DNA of 64,000 nt from Azolla caroliniana (GCA_043228905.1 JBHGNT010000003.1:11966001-12030000), one strand, 5' to 3'. Shown: positions 35,401-48,800, numbered from the stretch's first letter. The notes: generated by a model not told the origin, from the sequence alone. Numbers and translations: made by a program.

Positions 35401-37710
35401 GCCCCGATCCCGAAATGGATTCGGATGAAGAAGAATCGGAAGAACCGGTTACCGAAGCTCCGGAACGGAGATATCCTCTAAGAGAGAGAAGGGCCCCCCG
35501 GAGATTTCCGGAACCAGAGCACGTGCTGCTAACCGACGAGGGGGAGCCGGAGAGCTTTGAAGAAGCAAAGCATGACACCCAGAGCCGCAGGTGGTTGAGT
35601 GCCATGCAGGACGAGATGGATTCCCTGCATGAGAACCACACATATGAACTTGTGGAGTTGCCGAAAGGAAAGCGGGCACTCCGAAACAAGTGGGTGTTCA
35701 AGCTGAAACCGGGAGATGCCGGAAACCCCCCGAGATACAAAGCCAGGATCGTGGTGAAGGGGTTTCAGCAAAAGAAGGGCGTCGACTTCGACGAGATATT
35801 TGCCCCGGTAGTGAAGATGACCTCCATCCGGACGGTGCTGAGCATAGCGGCAAGCATGGACCTCGAGGTAGAACAGATGGACGTGAAGACGGAATTCCTT
35901 CACGGTGACCTCGAAGAAGAGATCTACATGCAGCAACCGGAAGGATTCGAGAAGAAAGGGAAGGAGCACCTGGTATGCCGGTTGAAGAAGAGCCTTTACG
36001 GACTGAAGCAGGCTCCCCGGCAATGGTACCGGAAGTTCGACTCCTTCATGACCGACGAAGGGTACCTCAAAACGCAGTCCGACCACTGCGTGTTTGTGAA
36101 GAAGTTCGAAGGAGGAGACTTTCTAATACTCCTCCTGTACGTGGACGACATGTTGATCGTCGGACGGGACCAGGTCAAGATACGGATGCTGAAGAAGGCT
36201 CTTCACCGAACCTTCGCAATGAAGGACCTGGGTCCGGCGAGGCAAATACTAGGGATGCACATCATCTGGGACCGGAAGAAGAAGCAGTTGTGGCTGTCAC
36301 AGGAGAAGTACGTGACAAAGGTGCTTCACCGGTTCAACATGTCGGAAGCAAGACCGGTCGGGTCAACACTCCCGGCAAACTGCAAGTTGTCCAGCAAGCA
36401 AAGCCCCAAGACAAAGGCTGAGAAGGAGGACATGATGAAAGTACCATATGCCTCTGCCATCGGGAGCTTGATGTACGCAATGGTGTGTACCCGACCGGAC
36501 ATAGGATATGCAGTCGGAGTGGTGAGCCGGTACATGAGCAATCCCGGCAAAGAGCATTGGAACGCGGCCAAGTGGATACTCCGATACCTGAAGGGCACGG
36601 CAAACGTGTGCCTCCGATTCGGCTCCGGTAAGCCCGAACTCGACGGCTTCACCGATTCGGATATGTCGGCTGATGCAGATACCAGCCGGTCCACATCAGG
36701 GTATGTGATGACGTATGCAGGGGGAGCTGTTTCATGGCAGTCGAGGCTGCAGAAGACGGTTGCGTTGTCAACCACGGAGGCGGAGTACATGGCGGCTGTT
36801 GAAGCCGGCAAGGAAATAATATGGATGAAGGACTTCATTAGAGAGCTCGGTATCCGGCAGGAGGAGTACCGACTCTACTGCGACAGTCAGAGTGCAATCC
36901 ACCTTGCGAAGAACGCGGCCTATCACTCCCGGACGAAGCACATCCAGCGAAGATATCACTGGATCCGGGAAAGGATAGAAGACAAGGAGTTCGTGCTGAC
37001 GAAGATCCACACGGACGAGAACGGGTCGGATATGCTGACCAAGGTGCTCACACCCGACAAGCTGGAAGCATGCCGGAAGAGGATCGGATTGGAGAGACAT
37101 CCCATGCCGAAGTGAAGGGGGAGTTTGTTGGGATTTCGGTCCCTTCGGATGGGATGGTCGGATTTCGGAGTTGAATGCCGACAAGCCCGGTTGCGGTTTC
37201 GGAACCGGATGATGAAGACCCCGGCTTCGGAGCCGGATGACGAATGTACCCGGAGAGAGATCCGGATGCGGGGACATATCTGTGAATATGTTTGCCAAGG
37301 GCCCTTGAGGCTATAGTTGTAAATAGCCCCAAAGTCATATGTGTATAAATATGACTTAGGGCAAACAGTTTTAATGTTGCTACTCATTTTTCTGTTTTTT
37401 CCACTTAAGAGGAGTGAAGAGAGAGCAGTCGTGAGAGAGATAGAGCGTGAGAGAGGAAGAGGTCGACGCCTCTGTGTATTTCCGCCGCCTGTGGCGAGGA
37501 CAGCGAGCTCAAGGTCGTCGCCTTGCAGCTCGCCATTGTATATTTCTCTGTGCATAGTTTTGGTTCGGAGTCTTGTACTCCCGTGGTTTTTTCCCGTACA
37601 GGGTTTTCCACGTTAAATCGTGTGTCCCATTTTCTGCAACAACGATTCGTGTGTTTCCTTGGTTGCGGCCGAGAGGTGAAGTTTGGAAAGTGTTGATTAA
37701 TTTTCCATCA
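32428..37710 (+). mobile_element. Young, structurally intact Ty1/Copia element D
   Basis: LTRs 32428-33011 and 37126-37710 differ at about 4 substitutions and 1 indel by eye; PBS TGGTATCAGAGC at 33015; PPT GAAGGGGGAG; TSD AAAAT (32423-32427, 37711-37715). Confidence 0.97.
33042..37115 (+). CDS. Copia gag-pol polyprotein (1357 aa; Gag, CCHC knuckle, protease, integrase, RT, RNase H)
   Basis: Uninterrupted ORF from MEGGG; CFHCGKPGHFRKNC, WVVDSGAS, LVHTDV / RADNGGEY / NGLAERMNR, LLYVDDML, FTDSD / TEAEY. Confidence 0.96.
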   Translation: MEGGGSGQPGMMVLNAQNYADWKIKMEDLLIVRDLYEPIDRSEIPKGVLESEWRLLNRKAVATIRQYVDVSVLQHVANDINAYEMWRKLSGLYERKNALNRTSLMRKIVNLKYRDGESMVEHVSTFMGFVNQLAAIKFPLEDAMQAIILMCTLPESWENLVVTLSTSCTEDNLSLQTVKTSILNEEARRRDKEPASDSKALLTESERGRQWNRSPQRREKSGTRSQSRGRPTCFHCGKPGHFRKNCRHYRKDNGADDTDSKKSSERNGAYRGATDRNGSDRRGQDRKGTTALAASEEEIMLITEEGELNIAGDETTWVVDSGASFHLTPERRYFSSYTAGEHGCVRMGNEGTCRIAGIGDMWLTTPTGCKMLLKDVRHVPEVRLNLISAGRLDDEGYTGSIRNDVMKFSKGSLIVARARKVNTLYLMNSRLCPEELNVAADTAGELWHKRLCHMSEKGMKRLAEDNLIPVKHVHLEKCTDCLAGKQNRTSFHSRPPTRRSAPLELVHTDVCQVETKSHGGAQYFVTFIDDHSRKLWTAPLKTKDQVLCVFKELHARVERESGKKLKVIRADNGGEYRGQFAEYCRSKGIRLEFTVPKTPELNGLAERMNRTIMERVRSMLAHAELPKGFWAEAMSTATYVINRSPSVPLDGDTPQRVWTGREVSYRHLKVFGCLAYVHVAKDRRGKLDPKTRPCIFLGYGDDEFGYRVWDPVDKKIFRSRDIIFMENKTLADWESEKKMKSSKSTGEDQLYEEQSRPARDRLALEDPAEDGEETEPAEEDETDTGTGPDPEMDSDEEESEEPVTEAPERRYPLRERRAPRRFPEPEHVLLTDEGEPESFEEAKHDTQSRRWLSAMQDEMDSLHENHTYELVELPKGKRALRNKWVFKLKPGDAGNPPRYKARIVVKGFQQKKGVDFDEIFAPVVKMTSIRTVLSIAASMDLEVEQMDVKTEFLHGDLEEEIYMQQPEGFEKKGKEHLVCRLKKSLYGLKQAPRQWYRKFDSFMTDEGYLKTQSDHCVFVKKFEGGDFLILLLYVDDMLIVGRDQVKIRMLKKALHRTFAMKDLGPARQILGMHIIWDRKKKQLWLSQEKYVTKVLHRFNMSEARPVGSTLPANCKLSSKQSPKTKAEKEDMMKVPYASAIGSLMYAMVCTRPDIGYAVGVVSRYMSNPGKEHWNAAKWILRYLKGTANVCLRFGSGKPELDGFTDSDMSADADTSRSTSGYVMTYAGGAVSWQSRLQKTVALSTTEAEYMAAVEAGKEIIWMKDFIRELGIRQEEYRLYCDSQSAIHLAKNAAYHSRTKHIQRRYHWIRERIEDKEFVLTKIHTDENGSDMLTKVLTPDKLEACRKRIGLERHPMPK

Positions 37711-37715
37711 AAAAT

Positions 37716-40700
37716 CCCACAAGTTATCTGGAGGCTTACCGGGCCGAAATGATCATGAGGGATATCCCGGTGGACAGGCAGTTGTCCGGATTCCCTCAGG
37801 TGGTGAGGCCGAGCATCCACGCAGAAGGTGCTCGAGGTGTTGGCCGGATGCCAGACTTTGGGATGAGTACGGGTTTGATGACTCACTTCGGTTGTCGAGG
37901 CGGGACTTCATGGCGTGGGTGGAAAGCCCCAAAAAAGGGAGGAACACGTCGGCGCTCCTCTAGGAGTTCGAAAAACGATTCGCGCGATTGTCGACGCTGG
38001 ACCGGACCATGCTCAAAACGAGTCGAGTACTATTGTTTGTCAAGTCGGTGGACGCGCTCGAGAAGGAAAAGGTGGGTCCCCTATTGGAGACGGACGAAGG
38101 GATAACGGCAAACTAGGCCGTGGTAAAATGCGTCTATAGACATTTCGACAAACGGCGCGAGTGGAGCGACGAAAGCTCGTCGGAGTCAGGACCAGTCTCG
38201 GCGAGGAGACTCGAGGAGCCGGTATTGGTGCCAGTCGGTAGGAAGGACGAGACCCGAATTTGGCTGGAGTCGGGGTCGGCATCGAACGACGTGGTCAAAG
38301 GCCCATCCGGAGGAGTGGCTCTGGAGGAGCTAACACAGATGGTGCGGGACCTGCAGATCGCACAGGCCGGGAGAGACAACGGCGAACAACCTCGCGACCG
38401 GAGGCCGCCGGCTGGGCAGCGGTGCATGTGGTGTGACGCGATCGGTCACATTCAGAAGGATTGCCCGGATTTCGCCGACGCACTCAGGACCAACGTGGTG
38501 TACCTCTGGAACGGGAGGGTGCACGTGAGCGAGACCCGGAGAGCCCTAGAACTGAATACGGGGCGCGGCGGAATGAAGAGGTTGATGGAAGAGACCACGG
38601 CACGGCATGTAGAAGTCGTTAACTACTCAGTGTCGGCGGGAATTCGGGTCAGGGGTGATGAGACCCGGAAGGCGAAGGACTCCGGATTCTGGCCGCTAGT
38701 ACTAGAAGGCCTCACTGGAGTTCGGCTGAAGAAGGAAGAGGCGGACCGCGCGGAACAGCGGGTCCAGGAGGTCACCGGATGGGACGATCCGGTCGAAGAG
38801 AAAACGGGCTTCGTAGAAGCCACTTGCCAGAACTACGAGGTTCTGGTGGAAGACAAACGGGCAGGAAAGGCCCGATAGGGGTCGGTCCCCCGCAGAGGTA
38901 CGAGACCCGGTTCGGACCGAAACCGACCGGTGTCGGCAACCCAGGCGCGCCGGATGGGAAGAAGCAGGTGCGGTTTCGGTTGAGCACCGAAATCAAGAGA
39001 GCAACGGACCTACGGAAGGTCCTTGAAGAGCAGATCCTCGACAGTAAAGTGGAGTTGTTGTTGCGGGAGGTGCTGGGAATCGCCAAGAGGGAGTTCCACG
39101 ACTCCATCGTAGACTTGGTGAAGCGGAAGAGGCTCTCGATGGAGCCGGAACCGGAGAAGCCGGTGGAGGTGCGGACTACGCACTTAGAAGACACGGCCCT
39201 AGAAGATGAGTTGGCGGAAAGCCACTACGCGAAGCCGCATTGGGCCAGGGAAACTACGGAAACCCTTGTGTGGATCGGCGACATTCCGGACCCGGTGGTG
39301 GCCTTGGTAGACCATGGATCCGAAATCAACCTGATGTCCATGGATTTCTACAAGAAGGGTAAATGGCCGATCAACACCAAGCATGGGTGGAAGATACGCG
39401 AGGCGACGCGTGCTACAGAGGAGCTACATGGTACGTGCCCGAATGTACGCGTAAAGATCGGTGACGTCGAGATAGATCAACATTTCTTCGTGCAGGAAAC
39501 ATCCTCGCACCTGGTGATTCTCGGCGAACCGTACATTACGGAGCACGCATGGAGACGAAGGTGCTGGACAACGGTTCGGCATACGCGCGCATCAAGAGCC
39601 AAGACAGTCGGCATTCCATCTAATTCATGACCGTACGTCCGAACCATGAGAGGAATCGCGAGACCCTCGGCGGGATTTTTAGAGAGGGCTGTCAAGGCAT
39701 GGGGCCGCGGTAGTCCGGACGTACCGGAAGAACCCCACACATGTACAGTAGGTAGGAATTTTTGGTTCTCCAAAAACAAAGGTTGTACTATAGCCGGCGT
39801 CAGCGGCCGGGAAAGGAAGTGAGCGGAGGAGCGGCTCAGGGGATGTGGAGTCCTCTTCCCCGATGAAGAAATCAGCGGCGCCGTGGAGACGGTCTCTTTT
39901 GACGACACCTTGGGCGAGTTGCGAAAGGTGATTGGTGAAGACCTTAGAGAAGACCGAACTGTTCTGGTTAGTTCGATGGGAATGTACGAAGTCATTGTGG
40001 ACTTTGGGGAAAGGATCAGGTCGGATCAGACAGCCCGCGTGGATACAAAGTACAAGACTGTGGACCGGAAGGTGAGGCCAGTCGCGGCACCCTTGCCGGA
40101 GGGCAGCGAGGAGCGGATAAAAGGGGTCGCATCGGACCCAAGTTTACGGAATCCGGCTAGCATAGGGCACCAGTTCACCGACATAACGCTACGGGAGCTC
40201 AGGGTCGGTGGGGGTGGCTTTCTACTGTCGGCGAAGGAGGACAGGTTTCGGAGAATGCTCGGAAGGCATGGGAAAGCCTTCGCGTTCTCGTTGGAGGAGA
40301 TCGTCGAACCGATGCTGATCTTCACGGTACGGCATGTACCGTGGAATCTCAAACCGATTCCGGTGCCGAGAGCTCACATCCCGAAGTTGATGGAGCTTCT
40401 GAAGCAAAAGGTGGAGATGGGCATCCTTGAACCATCAAGTGCCCCATATTCGAATCGGTGGTTTATGGTGTTGAAGAAGAACGGCACATTGCGCTTCATT
40501 CAGGACCTGCAACCGGTCAACAGGGTGACCATCCGTAATGCAAGAATCGGAATGACCATAGACGAGTTCGCGGAGGCCTTCGCTGGAAGGTTGATCTATT
40601 CGGTCGGTGACTTAAACTTGGGGTACGACCAGTTCCAGCTAGCTGTGGAGAGCAGGGATATCACAACGATGCGAACTCCTCTCGCTCTAGTACGGATGTG

Positions 40701-43104
40701 TACCCTACCACAAGCCGGGATGAATTCGGCAGCGCATATGGTGAACGCAATGAACAAGGTGCTGAGGGACTGCATCCCGGACATCACCATGCCATTCTTG
40801 GACGACATCCCGAGAAAGGGGTGCCTGATGGAAGATGCGGACGACACTGTCGGGCCAGACGAATGCCAGAGGTTCGTCGTGAACCACATCAACGACTGCG
40901 AGAAGGTGTTGCAGAGGCTCGAGAGCGCACGACTCACCTTCTCCGGAGAAAACTCAGCGTTCGGGCAGTCGGAGATCTTGGTGGTCGGACACCTGTGCGG
41001 GCCTTACGGTAGGAAACCGTCTCCGGCAAAGGTAGAGGCCATCTCCGCAATGAGGAACGATTGCGGGTCGGTTACGGAGGTCCGCAGATTCTTGGGTGCA
41101 TGCGCGTTCTACCACATCTAGATCCCGCACTACGCACATGTCGCGGAACCCCTCTACAGACTATTGAAAGGGGCGCGTAGCTTTGAGTGGAGGACGGAGC
41201 ATACGGAGTCAGTCCAGAGACTAAAGGAGGCGCTTACGGTAGCGCCATCTCTCCGTAAAGCGGTTTACGGCAAGGGAGTACCCATCTACGTGACGGTCGA
41301 CACGAGCCTAACCGGGATCGGGTGGGTGATCAATCAGGAGGACGAGGACGGTGGACGATTCTCGATCCGGTTCGGGGCAAAGGTATTGAGCGAGCGGCAG
41401 CGAGGATACGCCCAAGTCAAGCACGAACTATGGGGTATCGTTTCGGCAATCAAGGCCGACAAGGACTACTTGATCGGGACGGAGGTAATAATCGAGACGG
41501 ACTGCCTGCCAATACTCGGCATGGCTTCCGGATGCGCGACGCCAGACCTAGCAATGCTCCGGTGGATAGCGTACATTAAGTCCCTAAACCCGGAGATACG
41601 GCACATCTCCGGAAAGGATAACGCCATGGCCGATGTGCTTTCAAGAGCGAGGTTCAACGACGAAGACGGCCTGGTTTCGGATGACGAAGAAGTCGGCGAG
41701 GACTTCTTCGGGGACACTCCGGCGCTTAACGAATTTGACGAAAGACGGTACAACGGGGAGTGGCTCCAAATCAGGAGGTTCCTACGGGCGATGGCGCCGG
41801 ACGCAGCATGGACGAGAGAAGAGGCGAGCCGGGTACGGAGGAAGGCGTACCGATTCTTCCTACGGGACGGGTGCATATGGAGGCACCGAAAGAAAAGAAA
41901 CGGCATCCCGCACCGAGTAGTGGCAAAGAAAGAAGAACAAGAGGAATTACTGGCGGCATTTCACGCGAGTCCATAGGCCGGGCACCGCGGAATGTGGGCC
42001 ACATTCGAGAAGCTGAAGGTGAAGTACTGGTGGTCGGGGCTATACCAGGACGTGCATCGGTTCGTAACAACTTGCGAAAGCTGTCAAATGCACTCCGTAG
42101 TCCGACATCAGGACGAGCTACACCCGACCTACCCGCCTACGGTCCATTTCAAGTGGAAGGTGGACTTGGTGATGATGTCGATGGAAGTAGGACAGATGCG
42201 ATACCTGGTGCTTGCGCGAGAAGATTTAACGAACCAGGTGGAAGGCCATGCACTGCAGAACGAGACAACCGCGGCGGTATGCCGGTTCCTAATCGAAGAG
42301 GTAATGTGTCGGTACGGGTGCGTCGGGAAGATCGTGGCGGACCGGGGAGAGCTGGATGCGCATGAAGCTAAGGAGTTGTTCGACCGGCTAGGGGTCAAAC
42401 TCTCCCTCACTACGGTGTACAATCCGGAGGCGAACGGGAAGGTAGAACGTAGGCACGGGCCGATTGTAAAGGCATTAGTGCGTGCATGCGGAGGGCAGGT
42501 CGGGAATTGGACGCGGCTCCTTCCTTACGCACTATGGGCGGACCAAACTACGCACAGTTCGGTGACAGGGTTTATGCCGGCAGAGCTGATGTATGGACAG
42601 AAGCCGATCATGCCGGTGGAACGGACGGTATCTTCGTGGGCGGCGGTAGATTGGAAGGACGAGATGAGCCGGGAGGAGTTGCTGGCGGCGCGGATTCGGC
42701 AACTCGAGCGGAGGCCAAAGGACATGAAAAGGGTGAAGGAAAAGCAGCGGGCGGCAAGGGAGCGGAACAAGAGCCGGTTCAACCGGACGCACCGGTTGCG
42801 ACCAATGAATATCGAGGAAGGTGACTGGGTCTTGGTGTACGGCAGCAGCCTCAACAATCAGCACAAGGCGGTGCGAAAGTTCGCGAGGAGATGGTTCGGG
42901 CCCTACACGGTGACGATCGCGAACGACAACGGCACGTACCACCTAGCAGAACTCGACGGGACACGGTTAGCGGTACCGGTGGTCGGGAAGCGGATCAAAG
43001 CGTTCAAGAAGTGGTTCGAGGACGAGCCGGACCCGGAGGGTGTGGACAAGACCAACGACGATGATCAGTTCGGGCCCGGCGAAGAATCGGAGAGCAACGA
43101 GTGA
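37716..43104 (+). pseudogene. Gypsy C gag-protease-RT-RNase H-integrase, fragmented
   Basis: CMWCDAIGHIQKDC (gag knuckle), ALVDHGSEIN (protease), PFLDD (RT), VTVDTS (RNase H) and integrase ORF 41992..43104; Gypsy domain order; several stops and frameshifts. Confidence 0.9.
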
Positions 43105-44161
43105 GGCCGGTTTTCTTCGGTATCTACCCGTCTCTGGAGCATGCCGGTGGATGCGCAGTTTGGTGGGGGTGGATGTCGTGAAGAAAACTTGCCATAGGCG
43201 GAATCGGAGAAAAAGGCACATGAACCGGCTCTTACATGGGCGGACGCGAGAATTGATATTTTGTACATAATTTATAATTAGGTCGGCTGATGTAAATACT
43301 AGGTAGTACACATTTATTAGGGGATTTGTGCGTATCTCTGTCAAAAGGGACAGGGAATAAAGCGATTTGACTAGGGGAGACGGGTCTCCCCTCGGCGAAT
43401 TATTTAAGGAAGGAGAGAAGGAAGAAAAGGGATCGCGCGTTGGCGAGGACGAAGTGCTGCAGAACCAAGTGTCGAGCTCTCTCTCCTCCGATCGTCGTTC
43501 TCTGTGGGTGTCGGGAGTTCGCTGCCTCTGCTTTGTGGACAACCCATGTCCTTCCAGCAGAGGCTCTCCCCCTTTTCTTTGTTTCTTCGAGTCAAGTGGA
43601 TGTCGTCTGTGTGCGTGAGTAGGACCCTGTGTCAGGTCCATTACCGGTTTGCCGGTTGTAACTGTTCGAGTTGCAAGCTACTGATTATAGTAATCGGATT
43701 CTTGTTTCTTGCTCTTATTTTCTTTCTTTGTGTCTGCAACTCTCTCTCTCTCTCTCACTCTCTCCTTGGTCCAAGACCCCCGTGGTCCCGCCTCTTCCTA
43801 CACGCACGTGCGGAACTTCGCGACAACGCAATCTAGGTATTAACCTCGTGTGCATACGACATTAACTACATATTCAATATATGTCAAATGTGGTATTGAC
43901 CTCTTACACATATGTAAACGTTTTATACAACCAATTAATTACCACTACAACATCATTGAATCTATATAAAAATAAATTACATATTAACCATACACATGAT
44001 TAAATTGGGAGAAGAAAGAATAGAAAAAAACAAGAAAGATTGCCGAAGTTCCTTTGTTGATTGGTGTTTGGAACAAGGTCGACCGCACCTTGATTGATCG
44101 CCATCCATCAAGCAAAAAAAACCAACAAAACAAACATTAGAACATAAGCTTTGAAACCAAC

Positions 44162-44631
44162 TATCAGAGATATGTACTAATGTAAGCAAAGGATAACGAA
44201 TAAACGATAGATCTAGATAGAAAGGAGAGAGAAAAAGAAGGGTGTCGATTTTAGAGACATGGACTAATGTAAGCATTCGATAAGCATAGAATATAGATCT
44301 AGATAGACAGACTCGAGCCTCGATTGGCGTCCCATAACACCGCTGTGGCGTCGAGTCATACCTGGTACTGTCGCACTTGCTACAAGAGTTGACCCACCAC
44401 AACACAGAGTCTCGACGTAGTCAACAAGATGATCAAATGAGGGTAGCTAGGCCTCTTATTTATAGCACTCTCAGGCAAGTTCACACTTGGCCTAATGGGT
44501 TGTCTCAATCCCGAGGATTAAAAGTAATCCTCCCCTTCTTTACACTCTCGTTTAACCCTCACACTTATCCACGTGTATAGAATACTACGGTAAATTCTCA
44601 CCACGGCATATTATATGGTCATGCCCGTAAC
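44162..44631 (-). mobile_element. Middle LTR shared by both chromovirus copies
   Basis: Degenerate PBS (GCTTTGAAACCAA, ~44149-44160) on the left and PPT (plus-strand TACTCCCCCTCTTT) on the right; matches the LTRs at 9842 and 51303; first ~85 bp partly duplicated. Confidence 0.8.
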
Positions 44632-44639
44632 ATACTCCC

Positions 44640-45810
44640 CCTCTTTAAAACATTGCACTCTTGCAATGGAAAGTTAGGGAAGTTAGTTCTAAGAGTATTT
44701 TCGTGTTCCCATGTGGCATCTTTTATTGATTTATCCATCCATTTTATTTTAAATTCTCTTATTTCTCTAGTACGTAATTTTTCTTTTTAACATCGAGAAT
44801 TCTTTCTGGTACATGTGGTTTAGAAGATAATTCTTCAGAAGTAACCAGACTTTCAGTTGTAATTGTATTGTCGCCAAAACCTAGAAGTTCTTTTAGACGA
44901 CTCACATGAAAGACTAGATGAATTTCAAAACCATCGGGAAGAGCGAGACGATAAGCTGATGGCCCAATGTGTTTGAGGACTGTAAATGGTCCACAAAACC
45001 ATGGGGCTAACTTAGCGCACTTACCCATAGACAATGTCTTAGAATTGTGAGGTACATGTACAAATACCTTCTGTCCAAGGTTGAATACACAAGGTTTCCT
45101 ATAATGATCGGCATGAAAACGTGCTCTATCTTGAACTATTTTTATATTATCTCGTGCAATATGCAACATATCTTTCATATCCCGAAGAAAGTTTTGTGTA
45201 CCTCGCAACTCATCATGATGTATTGTTGAGAAGACACTACGCAATAACGTGTGGATTGCGCAACCACACAACGAAGTAGCGAAGAGCCGATCTACCGCGC
45301 AAAGCCACGAAGAAAGACGCAAGCCGAAGCACAGACTTCGCAACTACGCACGCAAGCCGAAGCACAGACTTCGTAACTACGCACAACGCAAGTTGGAGCA
45401 TGGATTCCGCAACTCCGCATAAAGCGAGTCAACGCGAGTCGACACGGACTCCCGAACGTGAATTGAAGCGGATTTCGGATACCGTCTGAAACCAACCCGA
45501 CTTGAGCTTGAGGGGGCGTGTTGAGAATCAAGCTCAACTTGGTCTAGTGTGTGAACTCACCTTGAGAGTGAAGAGACACCTCAACAGTCAAGAGTCACCA
45601 TTATGTCACCACTTTGTATTCTAGCATTTAGTATGAGTCATAGAATCATATTCTATGACACATAACTTATGAGCTTTCACAGTCCCCATGCTCCATGAGC
45701 CTTGTAGTTAATGAAGAGAAAGGGTGACTACATAAAGCACCCTCCTCCCATCTTGTATAATGTTGAGTCTTTCTCCTTTGCTAATATACTTTTACCTTGC
45801 GTATTCCTTG

Positions 45811-45851
<41 letters not shown>

Positions 45852-48800
45852 GTTCACACCTATTCCGCTTCACAAGAATCCATCTCTTGATTCTTTACAT
45901 GTATATTAACATCAATCGGGGCTCGTGGCTAAAAACCATACATCAACATAAAAGGACTATATCCCGTCGACGTATGGTTGGAGTTGTTATAAGCAAACTC
46001 CAAATTTGGGAGATAACGTTCCCATTTTTTTGATTTTGTACCAACGTATGCTCGAATCAATAATTTGATTTACTCGTTCTGTCTGTCCATCGGATTGCGG
46101 ATGATCCGTGGAGCTCATGCTCAACATAGTTTCTAACTTCTTAATGACTTACGTCCAGAAGTCAATAGTAAACATTGGATCTCGATCACTCACGATATCC
46201 ATCGGTAACCCATAAAAATGAAATAACTCGTCAATGAATTGGTAAGCCAATTCAGGAGCTGTTACCATGGTTTTAGTAGAAATAAATCTGGCCATTTTAG
46301 TTAGTCTATCAACCACAACCCAGATGGCATCATGGCCTTTTTGGGTGCAAGGAAGACTAACAATAAAATCCATGGATATAATTTCCCAATTATTATTGGG
46401 AATGTCCAAGGGATGTAAAAGTCCTGCGGCTTTAGGTCACTCAACTTTGTTAACCTGACATTGGTGACATTTAGTCACATAGCTATGTATGTCAGGGCGC
46501 ATCTAAGGCCAATAGAATTGAGTCGAGATGAGAACAAGTGTACGATGTATTCCAGGGTGCTCGGTTGAGGGTGCATCATAGCATTAAAAAAGAATCCTCT
46601 TTTTGACCTCGGGTAAATCTGGAACACAAACCTTCCCATTACGGTAGAGCAGACCGTTAGCAATGTGCAAGTATTCCTTCGAGGATGTGGTGGGGTCTGT
46701 TCCAGACTCAACTCTTGCCCAATATTCAGGTAAATAATTGTCATCAGGATACTCTCCTCGAAGTTTTTTATAAAGATTTGATGATATTTTAGTGAAGCTA
46801 AGCATGTTAACTTCACGGACGCGACTTAGTGCATCAACGATAGTGTTCATGGAACCTATACGATATCGTATGGAAAAATCAAAGTCCTGGATGAAATCAG
46901 CCCATCGTGCCTTACGACCTTTTAGGTCTTGTTGGACACAAAAATATTTCAAGGAGTCGTGGTCCGTAGTTACCACAAAGCGATTTCCATAAAGATAATG
47001 GCGCCATGTTTGGAACGCATGTATAACTGCAAATAATTCCTTTTCTTGAACGGTATACCGACATTGAGAAGAATCAAGTTTCTTACTCTCAAATGCTATT
47101 GGTTTACCATCTTGATATAAGACAGCACCAATAGCATAATTGCTTGCATCGGTTTCAACCTCAAAAGGTTTTGAAGGATCGGGTAAAAGAAGTGAAGGAG
47201 CCTTCAATACCAGGTCCTTGAGTTCCTTAAAGGCGAGGTCTAGTGTAACATTCCAAACAATAGGTTTTGTAGACTTATGTGTTTGACCTTTTAGACGATC
47301 AGTAAACGGTGTCGTCAGTTGGGAGTAATTACGAAGGGATTTTCACAAAAACCCGACAAAACCAAGGAATGATCGAACTTCGCGAATGTTCCGAAGAGTG
47401 GGCCAAACCTTGATTTTCTCGATGCGAGAAGGATCAATTTCAACTCCTCCTTAGGTTATGAGATGTCCAAGATAAGTAATTGATTTCTTGAAGAACTCAC
47501 CTTTTGAGATCTTCGCATAGAACTGTTTGTCACGCAATGTTTGTAAAACAAAGCGAACATGTTTAGCTTGTCCCTATAATGTACGGCTATAAATTAAAAT
47601 ATCATCCAAAAAATAATGACAAATTTTCCAAATTGTTCTCGGCAAATGTCATTCATTTCTTGTTGAAATGTAGCCAGAGCATTGGTCAAAGCAAAAGGCA
47701 TAACCATAAACTCATAATGGCCAGTAGCGAAATCTCATTTTAGGAACATCGTCCTCACTTATACGAATTTGATGGTAGCCAGTACAGAGATCAAGTTTCG
47801 TAAAATGACGAGCTCCCTGGAGACGGTCAATTAGATCGTCAACTCGGGCCAATGGATACAAATTCTTGATCGTCACTTTATTCAAGCGTCGAAAATTAAT
47901 ACACATACGCCATGTGCCCTCTTTCTTTTTAACCAACAAAACTGTGCACCCCATGGAGATTTACTATAACGTATATAACCCATTCGTAAATAGTCCTTGA
48001 GTTGCTTAGATACATCATCCTCTTCGGATCAACTTAAGCGATAAGGAGGTATACTTATTGGTGCAACACCAGGTACCATATCTATACGATATGTTAATTG
48101 AACCGAGACATTATCGATATTGTAAACGTGAATGTCCTGATCAAGTACACAATAAAATAAAGTAGAACAAGACAACTCGGATATTGATGGAGAGGAAACA
48201 ATCGAGAGGGATTGTTTTTTTACACATTGAATAAATGAGTACAATCGTTCAGTACAAAAGTTATTGAATGATGAACCCAATCAATAGATAAAGAAGAGTT
48301 TTAATTATAAAACCAGGGATAACCCAGTATTACAACAGTGGTACAAGGATTCATTACATGGAAGTCTACTTCCTCTATATAAGTATCAATAGAAATTCCT
48401 AATGAATGAATCGCCCCGTTGATGTATTGTACTCTTCCATCAGCCATGTGCACCCTATAGGTGTGATCACTTACAGTGGGTTGGACTCCCCATATTTGAA
48501 CCGAACGATCATTCCGAAAGTTGTGTGAGCTTCCCGAATCAAACAAAAATTCTACAGGAGATTCATTGATATACCCGTTTGCACGTAGTAAATCATTGGG
48601 ACCCAATACATAGTGAGGGAAAGAACATTGACAATTACTTAAATGATGTGTATAGACCTGACGAACATTAGGAATCTGACCTTTATGATCTGTAGCTTTT
48701 GCTTTGTTGTCGTGCCCTTTCCATTGGAGCTTTCGACATTGTTCTTTTGTATGACCCTTCTTTCTGCAGAATACACACAAAGGATGTTGTCGCTTACAAT

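Larger units (their letters stand above)
32041..43825 (+). mobile_element. Degenerate Ty3/Gypsy element C (5' LTR partly deleted) inserted in the chromovirus leader
   Basis: Starts TGTCGTGAAG; 3' LTR 43174-43825 ends CGCGACA; duplicated ACGC at 32037-32040 and 43826-43829; empty site GTAATACGCAATT at ~50961. Confidence 0.88.

Noticed and set aside
33009-37555. Many antisense and alternate-frame ORFs over the Copia and Gypsy pol genes
   Set aside because: Shadow ORFs of GC-rich coding sequence; no recognisable domains.
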